From Podarcis vaucheri (Eukaryota), in the NCBI GenBank assembly GCA_965113315.1, contig OZ220374.1: a DNA stretch of 64,000 bases; one strand, 5' to 3'. A program made the position numbers and the translations under genes. Positions 51,401 through 64,000 of the stretch are shown piece after piece (within the stretch, counting starts at the first letter, position 1; every line of letters begins with the position of its first letter). The notes beneath the pieces were generated by a model, which saw only the letters and a list, made by a program, of their open reading frames with translations, did no database searches and had not been told where the DNA came from.

Positions 51401-54222
51401 AAAATGATTTTTTAATTTAAAATCTGCATAAAATACATCTTGGCATCTCACAAAATGGGCTGGGGTATTTCATTCAGTGCTTTTTGATGTTTTGCTTGCA
51501 GCCCCTGTTGCAGTGACTCTCCTCTCTGCTCTTATTCTATGGTGAAGTGAGAGTACACAGACACAGGCGGACAATGATCTAGAATGAAGAACGGCCACAA
51601 CTTTATTGATTACAGGTGTAGGTAGAACTTTGGCTCAGATGTTGGGTGTATATCCATTCTGGCTTCCTGTTGGAGGGCTGGAACCGCATCAAGGTCATGC
51701 CAAGGACTGTGGCCTCTCCAAGTGCATCAGTCTACTGAGGTGGCTGTCCTGTAGCTGCTGCTGGAAGCCCCATGGGGAACAAGGCTGGAACGGGAGGGAC
51801 TGCAAATGTCACCCCCCCCCCAGGAAGGCGATGAGCAGCCATTATTATTTATGACTATTTTTGTCATGTTTGTAGTTATAAAAAAAATATGTATGTTGCA
51901 AGCCACCTTGAGCATGGTGTTAGCTTTGGAAAGAACACATGCAAATAAAATGATTGAGTTTGTATTGTAATTCACAAAGAATGAATTCCTCTGGCATCCC
52001 TATCGCATACACAGAGTTATGGGGAAGCAGGCTACCTAGTTTAGTCCAGTGATAGGAAATGTCATGTATGAATAATGGAACCAAACTCAGCACTTTCTTT
52101 CAGTAAAGCAAGCAGAATGCTGCTCTCCCAATTCTCACTCTTCTTAGAAGATATCTATAGGAAATTTGACATATAAACTAAAATTTAACTTGTGCTTTTA
52201 TAAGCATTTGTAAATAATAATACATTTAAAAATAGGAGATCATTCCTGGCCTGAAGAAGTTAGATAGTTCTCCTTAGCGTGAGCTGCTAAACAAGGTACA
52301 CATGTATACCAACAACTTTAGAGTTAGAGATTTGGTGTGGTTGATCAATTGGTACAATTCATCAGCTCAAGCTAAAACTTGTCCTTGATTAACAACAGAG
52401 CCTATAACAAGCACAAATTATGGGTCTCTTGAAGGGCATGCTTGATTCTTTCCAGGAAGGAAATTTTGGTTGCGGAATGCCTGCTGAATCATAGCAATTT
52501 AGAAAAACAAAATAAAATGGTCAATTTGTGTGCAACTCACAAAAACATGCCTAATATTCCATGTTGTAAGATTATTTGTAACACACACAAAAAGAGGAAA
52601 CTTTAAAATTCTGTTTGTGGTTTTGGGCTAATTGATGCAAACTTAATTCATAGGCAGTTAATTGCTTCAACCCGATTACTAGCTGAAAAAAATCTTTATT
52701 TGGCTAACAGTCCTAATATCTAGTAGTATATATAGGCCCATACACACAAAATGTGTTTCTGTGAGTTGACAAAGAGCTAGGCAGATCTTTTGATGTCTGT
52801 TCAGGGTAGTAAGTCCTTGAGCTCCCTAATAGATGTAGGATCAGGTCCTGTAATACTGAAGGCTTTTGTAAAACATTACTATGAATAAATCCATCTGACT
52901 GTACTATATGAACTATATTAGGTTTTCCATCTCTTAACAGAGTTCAGCTCCAGGCTATGCCTTAACCTCTCATCATTTATACGGGATATCATTCGAACTC
53001 AAAGCCAACACAAACGTTTCTATAATTTAAAACATATTTGCACTATCATCTATTTTCTTATGTCTGTCTGTATCAGATATGCAAGATATTAATAAAGGAA
53101 GCTCTTGTATAGCAACAGTAATTTGTTTTTAGCTGACACACACATTATTTGAGCACAAAACATCCAAAACTCAGTTATAAAACAGGAGCAGTCAACATTA
53201 TCCCTAAAGTCGTCATTATGCCAGGTTGCCACAACTGACCTATACATTTCCAAAAGTCAGATAATTCAGTAGAAATCCTGCCTTATAGCTATACTCTGTT
53301 CTGCAAGTACTGACAGGCTCACAGCTCTGTATCATTCATCAAAGTTACCATCAGAAATGCCGGAAAATATGGCCTGTTCAGCTAGATATAAAAGAAAAGC
53401 TAAGCTACTGATGGTCTCTGGTCCCATCCTTTGATTATGAGAACATAAGATGCCCCATCTAGCCCAGCATCCTGGTATTTGGCAGCATTGCTTCCTCCAG
53501 CTGTGGGGGTGGAGCAGAGCCATCACTATAACTTCTAGTTGTGTGTTGCATGTATTGTATACACCCCAACTGTCCCTGTTTATCAGGGAGAACCTTAATT
53601 TTCTGGTGTCTGCACCTATTTTTGCCTTTTGAGGAAGCAGGACCCAAAACAAAATGATAGACTATCTGTTGATTCAAGAAAACAAAATAGGTATAAAAGG
53701 CGAATTTCTCAATACCAAGATCCAAGTTTGGGGCAAGGACTCTTTGGAGAGAGAACACCAGCAGAAATTTAAAATTACAAAACATGCAACCAAGTAAAGC
53801 GAGGAGATATAGACCTTTAAAATATGCCCTTCCAAGTTTCTTCCCAAGTTTCCTTCTTGTCCTAGCATAGAAAAAGACCACACATTTGGAAAGTTAAAAA
53901 TGGTTTCCTTACTAACTCTCTAAAGGTCAGATTCACATGCTTTTCCATACAGCATTCAGAAAAAGTTGTGCAGGTAGCAAAACCTAGCTAACAAAGTGGT
54001 GAAAGTTCCTAAACTATTGGTATACAAACTCAAGAGAGGATTGTTCGAGCCACGTGGCTGGAGGCAGCTGGTCAGAGCTTTTCACAGAGTTCACATATAG
54101 ACTGGGGAGGGAACAGAGGTTAGATTACCTTGTTTCTCCCTATGGCCTAGGCTAAGCCTGGCAGGACAGCTTACTCTGTGGTATTAACCTCTTCATGCAT
54201 TAATTAGCCTTTATTCACTCCT

Positions 54223-54472
54223 AAAAACCCAACCCAAGTGTTCCCAATAGCTGCTAGGAGCCACAAACTGTTAATGCATTAACAGTACTGTTCCTGTTCT
54301 AGGGTCTAGCCAGCTCACCATCTGCTCCTCCCTAAAAATATAGGGCTGGGCAGGACCCAATCACCTAACGATGCTTCCCCCATTTTACCCCATTTTTCCA
54401 TGTTCTTTTCCAGCTGACACTTAACAGTTTGTGGCTCCTAGCAGCTATTGGGAACACTTGGGTTGGGTTTTT
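54223..54472. repeat. Perfect 52-bp inverted repeat with a 146-bp spacer
   Basis: 54223-54274 is the exact reverse complement of 54421-54472. Confidence 0.93.
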
Positions 54473-56102
54473 TGGGGGGTGGGGGGAAGTGTAGAAACGC
54501 CTCCCATATTCAGGCAAGACCCTTTAATGGAAGGAGACCAGTTCTGGGCTGGGTCTACACTGACCTGTTTAACGTTATTAGATATGTCATTAAATAAAAT
54601 TTAGGAATATTGTTTGCAGCACAAACAATCTATGTACCGGGTATACTTACATAGAAGTATGCTAATTTGTAAGGGTATTTACTAATTACCTAGTTACTTC
54701 CACTTACCTGGGAGTCAGCCTTATTGAGTGGATATGATTAGGATTGTGCTGCAAACTTTGAGGTTTCTGTTTTGTAAATGCCAAGGGAACAGTGCTTGTG
54801 GAGTACATCGCCATGTCTCTCAGCCTTAGCTAACCCTAACCCTAAACATGAAAGTTTAAAATAATTTATGCCATTTGGAAAATATTTCACTTTTTGTTAT
54901 AATTTCTAATTATTGCAATGAAAACAGCAGCACAGCAATGATTCTCAGTTTTAAAGCAAAGTAAACAGAAAGGAAAATGCAGAGAATGAAGAGGTGAGAC
55001 TATGTGCCAAAGGCAAACAGATCTGTTTTAAAGTTAAGTTGCAACAGGAAGGAAGCCTTGATTTCAAACAGTGCTTTAAAGTTAAAGATCTATTCCAAAT
55101 GCTCTTACCAAGCAGGTCCTATTGTGATGGTAATGACATGTTGCGTGGGAAGTCGTGGTTTCTCTTGGACAGAGGGAGAACAAACTTTGCCATGATTGAA
55201 GTACCATATGAAGGTCAAACCACAAAATCACTAATTCACTCCTTGTCCAACTCAACAGAATTGGCTTACCTAGTCTTGAATTTCACATTTTTTTGTATGT
55301 GTGCTTCTAGAAGCTGTTGTGGTATGAATGTCACAAATCAAAGAAATATTTCATCAGGAACCACTGCTAGCATTTGATTTTTCTTTTAATAGTGTCAGAT
55401 ACCCTTGACTAGAAGCCAACATTCAACATAAGCAGCATCACAGGAATTCTGATATCCAAGAGTGACAACCACCAAGGAAATACTTGAGGGCCTCCAGCAG
55501 TTTCTCATTTTAAATTTTTATATTGCTGTTTTATAAAACAGTCATTTTAAAAATGTTGTAAACACACTTGCTAGAAAGATTAAGCCTTGTTGAACACAGT
55601 GGAATTTACTTCCAAGTAAAGATACACAGGATTGCTTTTTTAGATGGTTCCAAAGATGTATGTAACAAATCAAAGAAATCTCATTTCAAATTCAGAAATC
55701 ACAGTTTCAGACACCTAAAATGGAGGTTCTAAACTCAAATGTGTTCATGCTCAAACATCCCAACAAAAAGGTGCCTAAGGGCCCAACTCAGATATTTGCA
55801 TGGAAAAACCACCTATTTTGATAGGGGAGAAACACAGTTGTTAGCTTTTTAAAAACTGGACACCATCTAATCCCAGGATGCTACATTCCATATCTTACAC
55901 ACCAAAATATCTTCTTGGCTACATTATGCATTGCCCCAATCTGAAGGAAGAAACCAAGCTTCTGAGCATGTGCAGATCACTACATTAAGCATGAGCATTT
56001 TTCCATCAATGCTGAATGAAACAAAATCACTTGGACTGAGTAATTTCTTTAGCTGTTGTCCAGCCTTTAATGTGATCAATTGTCTCTGTGTATATCAGTA
56101 GC

Positions 56103-56817
56103 CACTGGGCCCATCACCTCCTGGCAAATAGAAGGGGAAGAAAAGGAGGCAGTGAGAGATTTTACTTTCTTGGGCTCCATGATCACTGCAGATGGTGACA
56201 GCAGCCACAAAATTAAAAGACACCTGCTTCTTGGGAGAAAAACAATGATGAACCTAGACAGCATCTAAAAAAACAGAGCCATCACCTTGCCAACAAAGGT
56301 CCGTATAGTTAAAGCCATGCTTTTCCCAGTAATGATGTATGGAAGTGAGAGCTGGACCATAAAGAAGGCTAATTGCCGAAGAATTGATGCTTTTGAATTA
56401 TGGTGCTGGAGGAGACTCTTGAGAGTCCCATGGACTGCAAGAAGATCAAACCAATCCATTCTGAAGGAAATCAGCCCTGAGTGCTCACTGGAAGGACAGA
56501 TCCTGAAGCTGAGGCTCCAATGCTTTGACCACCTCATGAGAAGAGAAGACTCCCTGGAAAAGACCCTGATGTTGGGAAAGATGGAGGGCACAAGGAGAAG
56601 GGGACGACAGAGGACGAGATGGTTGGACAGTGTTCTTGAAGATACCAGCATGAGTTTGACCAAGCTGCGGGAGGCAGTGGAAGACAGGAGTGCCTGGCGT
56701 GCTCTGGTCCATGGGGTCACAAAGAGTCAGACACGACTAAACAATGCAACTCTGACAGCAAATCCAGTGTGGTGCAGACGATGCCAAGGCTGCAGGTTCC
56801 ATAACTAAACAACAACA
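56103..56817 (+). mobile_element. BovB (RTE) LINE 3' fragment
   Basis: FLGSMITADGD...PTKVRIVKAM...RRRGRQRTRWLD. TSD ATATCAGTAGC (56092-56102 / 56818-56828). Confidence 0.95.
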
Positions 56818-57904
56818 ATATCAGTAGCTGTCCTGTTCACTTTCCCCATGTTTCAAAGAAGATGTGCTGCGGCAACCAGTTGCGGTCATATTATTGTTAG
56901 CAAGTCATTCCATTCACACTTGGTAATGAAGTATTCTCTTTTACATCTGTGGATATTCTTTCCAAATGGAGTATTACATATACATTATCAAATTCTGGAA
57001 ATGCCCTTTGCCCCAAGATGTTCAACAGCGGGGTTTGTTTGTTTGTTGTCAGCATACCAGATTTTAAATCTCATCTGTTTAAACCATTGTAAATTCTTGT
57101 GTAGCTCTCGTCTGTGAGCAAAAGTTCTCCTAATATGCCAGCACCAGAAATCTCATAAAGCCACACCAACTCCATGAAACACTGTTTGCCAAAGGAAGAG
57201 GAATCAGGCCCCTGTCCATCCTTAACTAATAACTGCACAAGAGTTATTTTCTCGGTGGGGATAAATGGTTCATTGGTTTCTAACAGTTGGTTCTCTGCCA
57301 CTGTAGAATTGAATTAATTCAGACCCAGGTCACAAATAATTGAGTTAGACAGTGTTTACTCTCATTGATTGTTAATGGACAGTAGACAAGAGAAAACGAA
57401 ACTTCTATACTAGTCACTACTGGCAATTTTGACATTGCACAGAGACTAGATTGGTGAGAATGGGCAACTGTTTTTTTCTCTTTCCAACCCCCAACTCCTG
57501 CTATGGATCCCAAAGCTGACATGGACCACACTTTTTAAAAGAGTCACGCAGATTGAAGCAATTTGTCACAAGACTGGAACTGGGAACCTTCAGATCTGTC
57601 TTTAATTTCCCTATGAGGTTGACACGTGGCTGTGATATTCTCCTCGATTCCAGAGTGACTCCATCAACCACTTGGCTTCCCATATAAAAGCTTCCAGGTC
57701 AGAGTTCAGCTTTGTCTGGGCAACAGCCAACCCTGCCTGCTGCCACTACAGCACCTGAAGGCTTGCTCCATTCATGGTTTACCCAGCTCTAAGAACTTGT
57801 GTCTCCTTCTTCCCACCCTCCCAGCATTCCGTCCTGCCTAGAACTTAGGAACTTACTTTCATCTCCAGTTTCATTGTTAATGGATTTAATTTGCATAATT
57901 TCAT

Positions 57905-58274
57905 TCCCAGGAGCCTTCTTGGTGGTGGCTGCTCCCAGACATTGGAACTTCCTCCCTAAAGTAGTTAGAATGGCTCCCTCGTTGTCCTTCTGCTGGCAGA
58001 TGAAGACCTTCTTATTCCAACAGGCTTTGGGGAATGACTACTTTTAACAAAAGGGCTGGTGCTCTGCTGTTTTTATTGTAATTATCTGTATGTTTCTAAT
58101 AGATCATATATATATAAATATTTAACAAATGATACTGTGTTAATTCTATAAATGTTTAATTATTGTTTTTCCCACCCTAGGTTTTTAGCCATTCCTATTT
58201 TATCTGTAAGCTGCCTTGAGTCTCTGTCAGGGAAAAAGGTGGGGTATAAATACATTATAGAATAATGAGAGAAA

Positions 58275-58324
<50 letters not shown>
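57905..58324 (+). mobile_element. L2 3' fragment followed by (GTT)n at 58275-58324
   Basis: AFLVVAAPRHWNFLP...KTFLFQQAL. Confidence 0.7.
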
Positions 58325-58325
<1 letters not shown>

Positions 58326-58619
58326 CACTGCCTTACCAAAGTGTAAGAGCTCTGGAGAGAGCTGCTGAATTCTGAGGAAGGTTTCAAGCTCTGTGCCATC
58401 TACAGATACTGCCAGAACCTTGTGAGCCAGAATGCACGGCAAAACAGAGTTAAGATATGCTGCTTACTTCCATCCACTACAAATTCATCCACCAAGTGTC
58501 ATTTGTTATGACATGCCTGGGTTGGAAAATGCTAGGTGTGCAGCTCAGAGATGGCACACTCAAGTTACCAGTTCGTCAGTGGAATAATGGAAATCATCCT
58601 TTATTGGCCAGTGGCAGTC

Positions 58620-58765
58620 ATGGAATCATAGAATTGTAGAGCTGGAAGGAACCACAAGGGTCATCTAGTCCAACCCCTCGCAATGCTGGAATCTTTTTGT
58701 GCAACGTGGGGCTCAAACCCAAATCCCTGACATTTAAAGTCTCATGCTCTACTGACTGAGCAGTA
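58620..58765 (-). mobile_element. tRNA-derived SINE with a CR1-like tail
   Basis: Minus-strand GCTCAGTCAGTAGAGCATGAGACT head, then ggggttggactagatgaccctt tail. A tail copy also lies at 30680-30745. Confidence 0.7.
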
Positions 58766-59973
58766 GCAGCAACATTATTAATAATATTTAATGATTGCAT
58801 TTCAGGTGTTCTAAGCACTTCAGATACATTATCTCAGTAACAGGTTAGTACTGAAGGTATGCCTTGAGTAATTTTTCCTTCTCCCAAAACCAGAACTTCT
58901 TGCTCTCTTAAAAAAAGCACCCCAAACAAAATAACTCAATTATTCTCTTCTGTGGGTCTGAATCAAAGTCCAAGGAAATCAATGCCATCAATAGGTTCCG
59001 GAACCAACTCCTTTTTCCGCTTAATTTGGTACTGATGCTTACCACCCAACAATAATTTTGCTTTTTAACCATATGCTTGTGGCTAATATTAAAAGTCAGT
59101 ACTTTAAAGCAATTCCTTTCAAACCCACCCTCCCATTTTTTTAAAGTCTCTTAACCTCTAATAACCTGTGTAAAAGTCAGGAAAAAACAGCAGCGTCAGA
59201 AGAAGAGTTAATAGCTTGAACTAGTTATAGAGTGAATAACAGAATGTAAAACAAATGGCTGCTGGCAGCTAACAGAGAAAGTCATTTTCTCTCATTTCAA
59301 GTGGAAAAAGAAGAGAAACACTGTAGAAACAAAACAAGAATAGTTGGGCACAGACGGGCCTGACTCAGTGTCTCTATGTCACCTTTTTTGTCAGGATCTT
59401 TTGGGTGTTCTACAGAGACCTAGCAACCACTCTGAATCAGCCAGTTTTCAACAGGGTGGTGATCTTTTTTTTTGGGGGGGGGGGAATTAACCCTCAGCTT
59501 CAGAGTTGGTTAAACTGGGGAAATGACCACACATGGTCTGGGGCAAGGTGCCATTTAAAGGGAAATTGGGAGTGATGCACTCTCTCTTGTTTCCTCTCTC
59601 CAGGATGAAGAACTCAACGGCACATTTCAGAAATACAATTGGCTCCATTTCTGCTAATGGAAGAACAACATGTGTTTGAAGACATCTCACTTGTCTCCAC
59701 CTGTACCTGTCTGTGAACTAAAACCTTGGTCAGAGATCTTTCTGTGGGTTCCTCCACCATCTGTGATGTAGTGGGTCTTGGTGGCCAGTGAAAGGGCTTC
59801 AATAATGGCACCCCAACTGTGAAATGCTATCTGCAAGGAGGTCTTCCTGGCACCTGAACTGATCTCATTGTGGCACTGGCAATACCTCTTGCTGTCCTGC
59901 CCCTCATTGCTTTATTGCTGTTCTTACATTGCTCTTTTACAATTTTGGGTATGGCTTTAGAAGATGTTTCATA

Positions 59974-60215
59974 CAGTGGTACCTCTGGTTAAGAACTTAA
60001 TTTGTTCAGGAGGTCCGTTCTTAACCTGAAACTGTTCTTAACCTGAGGTACCACTTTAGCTAATGGGGCCTCCCACTGCTGCCGCACCGTCGGAGCACAA
60101 TTTCTGTTCTCTTCCTGAAGCAAAGTTCTTAACCTGGCATACTATTTCTGGGTTAGTGGAGTCTGTAACCTGAAGCGCCTGTAACCTGAAGCATCTGTAA
60201 CTTGAGGTACCACTA
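59974..60215. mobile_element. Tigger-like MITE
   Basis: Paralog of 43745-43973 with TA TSD. Confidence 0.9.
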
Positions 60216-60484
60216 TATTGTATTGTTGGGGTGGTGTAAACAACCCTAGGATTCTCTTTGAAGGGAGGTTAATTCCTAAAATTAATAAATGTGCAAACAA
60301 TGTAGTGTAGTTTGACCCACAGCTAAATAGCTCCTTAGCAATTCTACTATGTGAACAGTGTCCTCTTCTGTAAGAAGTCAGGGTTCACTGGGAAAGGCCA
60401 GCAGTGCCCTGTCAAGTGACTGAGTCAGGAATTCAAAGACAGGACCTTGGAGAGCAGCTATAAAAGCTGTTGACTCAACAAGTA

Positions 60485-60847
60485 AGGTAAAGGTAAAGGT
60501 ACCCCTGCCCGAACGGGCCAGTCTTGACAGACTCTGGGGTTTGTGCGCCCATCTCACATCTATTGGCCGGGGGCCAGCGCTGTCCGAAGACACTTCCGGG
60601 TCACGTGGCCAGCGTGACAACGCTGCTCTGGCGAGCCAGAGCCGCACACGGAACGCCGTTTACCTTCCCGCTGGTAAGCGGTACCTATTTATCTACTTGC
60701 CCCCGGGGGTGCTTTCGAACTGCTAGGTGGGCAGGCGCTGGGACCGAGCAGCGGGAGCGCACCCCGCCGCGGGGATTCGAACCGCCGACCTTTCGATCGG
60801 CAAGCCCTAGGCGCTGAGGCTTTAGCCCACAGCGCCACCCGCGTCCC
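60485..60847 (-). mobile_element. Sauria SINE, full length, young
   Basis: Reverse complement of the 11048-11407 type. TSD GACTCAACAAGTA (60472-60484 / 60848-60860). Confidence 0.93.
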
Positions 60848-61962
60848 GACTCAACAAGTACCCAGATCCAATTGAAGCTTTATCTATGTTGACTGGGCCT
60901 GTGCTATTGCAAGCTCCACCTCCCCAAAGGACCTGGAGGACTGTTGGAGGACCCTCTCCTTATTTTACAGTATTTGACTCCTGCAAAACTTGAGGAGTCA
61001 AGGGTGCTTTGAGAGACTCTTCCTCTGAATCTGAGGGTGATGGCAGGTCAGTGTCCTCTGGCCTGAGGAAAGGCATGACAGTCCTTCCCCCCATGAGCAA
61101 AGTCAGAGACTTGTCATCATTACACAAGTCCTCTGTCACATGTCACTTGAAGAGCTACTTTATGATTAAACTTCTCCCTCTGAAATCAACAGAACATAAA
61201 ACCCCTTAACCTTGTATCAGGTCTATCAAATTGGCAGCACTGCATACATGTTTTGCTAAAGCCAATATGTTAAACTTGGAGATTAACATGGGTGAAATGT
61301 TTCTTTCTGGGAAACATTTTTTCAGTGCTCTGTACTTGTCTGCTCCTGCCCACTATCACCACTGCCTGGTAAGCTTGAGATTTTAGCTCCATGGATATTA
61401 AGGATGAACGCACTAACCATAATTACACAAGCTGCTGAATGTTAAACTGCCTACTGTAGGCTGCGTTGACTTGCCAGCTCTCTAGTCAGCTCGTGCTTGC
61501 TTCCCCATTACTGAGGGAGGTGATGGTCCTCCTTGTAGACTTCTGAATCATTAACATTTTCATGGCATCTTCATATATTATGCTTCAGTGAAAACAGACC
61601 TTCCAACTCAGTTTATTTGATGTTGGAAAATAACAGGTGTAGCTCTCAGCAAGGATCAGTGAAAGAGATGGAAGTCACTGGTCTTTTACTGATATCCACT
61701 TATGTTCAACTAAAATCCAATGCTGCAGTGGTGGTCTTCACAACATTCTACCATAATCTACACTGTTCTCATTGACTACTATGTTACGCAACCCCTGCAC
61801 ATTGCAAAAACATGTTTTAGGGCACCCACTACAAGTTCTATGATTCCACTCAGTACACATGTGGAACGGGCTAATGCTGTTGCATTTCACGTATGTCTCA
61901 CATGTGCCAAGAGTTTACCCTAGGAAACACTTGACCCATCCTGTAGTTGCACATTATGGAGA

Positions 61963-62023
<61 letters not shown>

Positions 62024-62480
62024 TCTTTATTGTCATTGCCCCCTTTGGGGACAATGAAATTACTTGACTGCTCCATAAAAACACTAATTAAACAATACAG
62101 TATAATACAGCAAGGGAGATTAGATGACTTTCAAAGTCCGGGCTTCCCATTCAGGGCCGAGATCGCTCTGGAGAAGAAGCTGTTCTTAAGACGGCTCGTT
62201 CTTGTCTTCATCGTCCTGTATCTCCGTCCCAACGGCAAGAGCTCGAAGAAACAGTGACCAGGATGCGATGGATCTTTAACTATGTCCAGTGCCTTCCTAT
62301 GGCACCTTGTGGCATAAATCTGCTCTAAGGTGGAGAGTGGGCAGCCAACAATGCTCACTGCTGCCTTAACAACCCTTCACAACCCCATCCTGTCCTGGGC
62401 AGTACAGCTTCTGTACCACACACATAAGCCATAAGTAAGCACGCTCTCAATGGCACAGTGATAGAAGGCAAGCAGCAGTG
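61963..62480 (-). mobile_element. Rex1/Babar LINE 3' fragment with (TTA)n tail
   Basis: IVKDPSHPGHCFFELLPLGRRYRTMKTRTSRLKNSFF is the characteristic Rex1/Babar C-terminus. Confidence 0.85.
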
Positions 62481-64000
62481 GTAGTGGTGGCCATCATGTG
62501 TTCTTGAGGAATCCCCAATGAGTCATGGATCCCCAGAATGCAGTTTGAACGCAGTGTCTGTGTTGCTTAAAGGCAAACCTTACATGAGCCCAGGACAAAT
62601 CACATCTGACGCCTATTATATGTTTCAGGTATTAACCATAGTCCTGTAATTCACTGTATCAGGAAGAAATGAGAAGAGAACGCTGTAGTCTTAAGATTAC
62701 AAACCTCAATTCATTGGAATTCATTGGAAAAGATCACCTTCTTAAGCTTACACATGCTCTAAACCTCCTATGAGCCTGAGACCAGAGGCCCCCATTAGCA
62801 TTCACTCCTCTCTGACACCTCGCAAAGCAGTTGCAGATCACGTTCCCCCTTAGGCTGTTAAAAATATTTCTGAGAAGGAAACAGGAAAATTGCATTTGGA
62901 CCCTCTCCGAGTCTATCTTCAAGGTTCTTAACGTCAAAGCTGAAGGGAAATGTTTTTAAAGATAGCCTTCTTTGAAGAGGTATGAGCCAAAGTTTAAACA
63001 GTGCTCCATTGATCCCAGCTTGATTCTTCTGTTTTGGAACATTGATTTTTACATTTCCCGGACCCATATGATCAGGGGTCCAAGACTGCGGTTTACTCAC
63101 TTGAATTGTACATGACCCTTCTTTGTGGAACCGGGAACTGTGGTTGCTGACTAAGCTATTCATTGTTTTTCATCGGCTGTTGTCAAGGAAAGTTCAGTTC
63201 CATAGCTTAGTCTGCCATGGATGGCAATAGCAGTAGCGGAGAGGTCCTTTGTTAAAGCCCCTGCTGGAATGCACACTGAGCAGACAAATAGCAGCTCTTT
63301 CACCAAAGTATGATAGAAATAGAGTGGAGTCCAGAAGGATGTCATGCTTTGCGTAGTTTCTCTCAAGCCAACTGCCTGTTCCTCTATAACATGTAGAGAA
63401 GGGTCAGGTCTTTTAATTAGAGGGGAAAGTGGATGGCGCTGTCCTTTGTAGACCCTGTGTGCCGAGTAAACTGCAGGCACAAGCAACTTTGGATTCCCGC
63501 AATATTTGCTTGGTATTTTTCAACGTTGAACTGGATGAAGCCCCTTCCTCGCAACCTCGTGGTTCCCCACCATTCCCTCATTGCAGCTTCACTGACAATA
63601 CATGCCTGTTAAGAGCTCTTCAGGAACCAAGCCAAAATGTGAGCATGGTGATGTCATTCACATGGCATCAGTTCAGAAAATGGGACGGTGACAAATGCTA
63701 CGCATGGGGTGCAACTAGACACGATGATCCAAATGGGTCTTTTCTGAATATGTATAAAAGCAAGGGTGTGGAATAACATTTAAAGGGAAGCGTGAGTGGG
63801 CAGTCGAGCTGGGCACAAGGCCAAATTCTGACTGGTCCTGGTTCCACTCATTACTGGAGTAAAGCTCGCCCTGTTCCATTGCTGTGCAGTCTTTATAAAA
63901 AATATATGCAGAAATCCTTTTAAACATGCACATTTTGTTTAAAGGGGTTTTTAATAAATAAGAAAAACCTTAGGAGGTGGTCTGAGGGCTGCCTTCATTA

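Overview
Eukaryotic, repeat-rich, essentially non-genic vertebrate DNA. Sauria SINEs, Squam1/POM-type SINEs, BovB, L2 and Rex1 point to a squamate, most likely a lacertid lizard (inference). The dominant feature is a very young 5.3-kb Ty3/Gypsy chromovirus of the sushi/Tf1 (PEG10-related) type at 767-6069. Its two 453-bp LTRs differ at one base that I could find. The sequence shows an 11-nt self-priming site in place of a tRNA PBS, a slippery site plus H-type pseudoknot for -1 gag-pol frameshifting, and a pol frame that runs past the chromodomain through the PPT and about 115 codons into the 3' LTR. The copy is disabled by a gag deletion/frameshift and one nonsense codon. The rest of the window holds 5'-truncated L1s with TSDs, BovB/L2/Rex1 fragments, SINEs, Tigger and hAT MITEs, solo LTRs, a decayed Ngaro/DIRS element (tyrosine recombinase plus SGNH hydrolase), a perfect 52-bp inverted duplication, microsatellites and a 153-nt assembly gap. 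No host gene is confidently recognised; a possible minus-strand first coding exon lies at 63101-63163. No rRNA, genuine tRNA gene or CRISPR array was seen.
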